A stretch of DNA of 64,000 bases, taken from NCBI GenBank assembly GCA_963835985.1, contig CAWIHV010000001.1, positions 953,524 through 1,017,523 of the forward strand. Direction: 5' to 3'. Below are positions 62,276 to 64,000 of this stretch, piece after piece. The first letter of the stretch is position 1. Every line of letters begins with the position of its first letter. Under the pieces are notes generated by a model. The model saw only the letters and a list, made by a program, of their open reading frames with translations. It searched no databases and had not been told where the DNA came from. The position numbers were made by a program, and so were the translations under genes. Origin of the DNA: an uncultured Actinomycetes bacterium. Lineage in GTDB: Bacteria; Actinomycetota; Acidimicrobiia; IMCC26256; DASPTH01.

Positions 62276-63601
62276 TCAACCGGTGACGTAGTCCTCCTTG
62301 ATTTGGACCTTGTTCGACGGCGAGCAGTCGAGGGTGCCCTTCTTGGTCGGGTACCGCCGCACGTACTTGCCCTTCTCGATCTGCATCATCACGTAGCAGC
62401 CCGATGGGATCTTGTCGGCGATGTTGGTGACGCCGACCATGCCGCCGGCATCGAACTTCGTCAGTGTCGGGATGCCGTCGGCGAGGAACGCCTTGCGGGT
62501 GAGGCCGTTGACGCCATCCTTCGCGACGACGGCCTTGACCGCGTCGGCGAACGCGAGGGTGGCGAGCCACGAGTAGATGGCGAATGAGTCGGCCTTGTCG
62601 CGAGGGACGTACTTCAAGAAGGCCTTCAGCGTCGAGTTGCTCGACGCTTCCTCGAAGGGGAGGAATCCGAGGTTGACCCAGGTCCCGTCCAAGACGCTGT
62701 TCGTCGCTGCCGACTGCGAGTAGCAACCACCGCACAACCACACGACGTCGGGGCTGACACCTTGCACATCCGCCTCGCTGCGCAGCGACACCATGCTGTT
62801 GGCGTTGCCGTTGATCACCGCGAAGTTGGAGTTGTCGGTCTTCATCGAGTTCACGAGCGGCGTGTAAGCACTCTGCAAGCTGCGAGCGGAGAGACCGACG
62901 TACTGATCGGCCTTGATGCCGGCCGCGATGATGGCGTCGTCGAGGATGCGCGAGCCGCGCTCAGCGTCCTTGGTGTCGGACGCGTACGGAAAGAGGCCGT
63001 GGAGCTTCTCGAACTTCTTCAGGAGGTACTTCGCCTGACCGTTCGCGCTGTTGTACGTCTGCGGTGTCTGGTCCTTGGTGGAGCACACCAGCTGCGGTGG
63101 GTTTGCGGGGAACGAGACTGGCGAGCAGCTCTGTGGCACCCCGGTCGCAAAGGACGCCATGTCGGGGAGGCCGGTCGCGGCTCCGGCCTTGTCGACGCAG
63201 TTGACCTCGTCGTCGACATTGCTGAGGAACAGCTGCGCGCCGCCGACCATCGCGAAGTCCTGGCTGCACGCGGTGATCACGGCGTTGCGCGACTCCGTCG
63301 CGTTCAACTTGGAGTCGATGAAGTCGATGATCACCTTGCGACCTGCGATGCCGCCGCCACCGGCTTTGCTGTTCAGGTACTTCGCCGCGCCCTGCGCGCC
63401 GATCACAGCACCTTCGAACACTCCGGGCGCCAACGGGTTGTCGACGTCGGCGATGGTCGCGATGTGGATCTCCTTCGCCGTGACGCCGATTTCGGTTGGC
63501 TTCGGCTGCTCGCTGCCGGCGTGTGCTGTGGCAGGCAGCACGCCGGCTCCGAGCGCACCGGCCATGATGAGCGTGAGCATGACCTGCCGTTGTCGCTTCA
63601 T
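62276..63601 (-). CDS. Periplasmic-binding-protein type 1 (ABC substrate-binding-like), secreted
   Basis: Signal peptide AHA, GVTAKEI, N..GGIAGRK. Confidence 0.85.
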   Translation of the reverse strand: MKRQRQVMLTLIMAGALGAGVLPATAHAGSEQPKPTEIGVTAKEIHIATIADVDNPLAPGVFEGAVIGAQGAAKYLNSKAGGGGIAGRKVIIDFIDSKLNATESRNAVITACSQDFAMVGGAQLFLSNVDDEVNCVDKAGAATGLPDMASFATGVPQSCSPVSFPANPPQLVCSTKDQTPQTYNSANGQAKYLLKKFEKLHGLFPYASDTKDAERGSRILDDAIIAAGIKADQYVGLSARSLQSAYTPLVNSMKTDNSNFAVINGNANSMVSLRSEADVQGVSPDVVWLCGGCYSQSAATNSVLDGTWVNLGFLPFEEASSNSTLKAFLKYVPRDKADSFAIYSWLATLAFADAVKAVVAKDGVNGLTRKAFLADGIPTLTKFDAGGMVGVTNIADKIPSGCYVMMQIEKGKYVRRYPTKKGTLDCSPSNKVQIKEDYVTG

Positions 63602-63624
63602 CCGGACCCCCCGTGAGTTCGATG

Positions 63625-63662
63625 CTTTCGAACACGAAAGTCGGACCTTACGATAGCGTAAG
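63625..63662. promoter_or_regulatory. Tandem palindromic operators (putative DeoR sites)
   Basis: CTTTCG-AACA-CGAAAG (63625-63640) and CTTACG-ATAG-CGTAAG (63647-63662). Confidence 0.7.
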
Positions 63663-63665
63663 CAC

Positions 63666-64000
63666 ATGCGCCACATCGAACCCCTCGACTTCGGCTGGCA
63701 GGTGCACGTGGGCGAGCTCGACCCGCCCATCCCGAGGAACCGCGCCAAGACGGGGAGCATCGGCCGGGCCGCCGACCTCACCGTCGCCGAGGGCACGTCG
63801 GGTCCACCGCTGCCGCCGGGCATGGCCGCGGTCCTCGGGCCCGAGGCGATCGCGCACCTGCTCGGCACCGCCGCCGATCTCGGGCCGGGGTGGAGGGCGG
63901 TCGACCTCCCCGACGACTGGACCACCCGCGTGGACGCCCTCGCGCCCGCCGGGCCGAGACGCGACGTCATGGGCGATCCGGTCCTCTCCGCGGGCTACCT
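63666..64000 (+). CDS. Probable GH2 glycoside hydrolase, N-terminal part (runs off window)
   Basis: LDFGW..W RAVDLPDDW..GYL resembles the GH2 'W..V.LPHDW..GY' N-terminus. Confidence 0.6.
   Translation, partial: MRHIEPLDFGWQVHVGELDPPIPRNRAKTGSIGRAADLTVAEGTSGPPLPPGMAAVLGPEAIAHLLGTAADLGPGWRAVDLPDDWTTRVDALAPAGPRRDVMGDPVLSAGY

Noticed and set aside
1-64000. CRISPR arrays, rRNA, prophage, intact transposase/integrase, defence systems
   Set aside because: No spaced repeats or recognisable genes seen.

Overview
A high-GC window, most likely from an actinobacterium (Acidimicrobiia-like; this is inferred from gene content and style). It appears to come from an indel-rich long-read assembly: about 20 genes carry 1-bp frameshifts, several of them compensating, so these are treated as probable sequencing errors. 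Left to right it contains: (i) an accessory segment (1-6093) abutting the 3' end of tRNA-Leu(TAG), with an IS481 remnant; (ii) ferredoxin, MarR with a heterodimeric ABC exporter, and DUF35/thiolase; (iii) a cyclase-AAA-TPR protein directly upstream of an ABC exporter whose ATPase carries a cNMP-binding domain; (iv) TetR/MFS/crcB-crcB; (v) kdpFABCDE with extra accessory genes; (vi) an acyl-CoA catabolic region (CoA transferases, crotonases, FadD, SDRs, amidohydrolase), amt-glnB, nhaA, and a DeoR/SBP/GH2 sugar locus. The standout is a 7-kb cluster at 34269-41373. It encodes a 99-aa candidate precursor with a twin-arginine (RRSFLKK) plus FxxPxV leader and a Ser/Thr-rich core with three N-x-S/T sequons. 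Around it are a stand-alone PqqD/RRE, an HPr-kinase-like kinase, four glycosyltransferases (GT4 x2, GT32, GT2-TPR) and a methyltransferase, with no peptidase, cyclase, radical SAM or transporter. I interpret it as a candidate undescribed Tat-exported glyco/phospho-RiPP (mucin-like glycopeptide) system. All family assignments are by motif recognition only; no searches were run.
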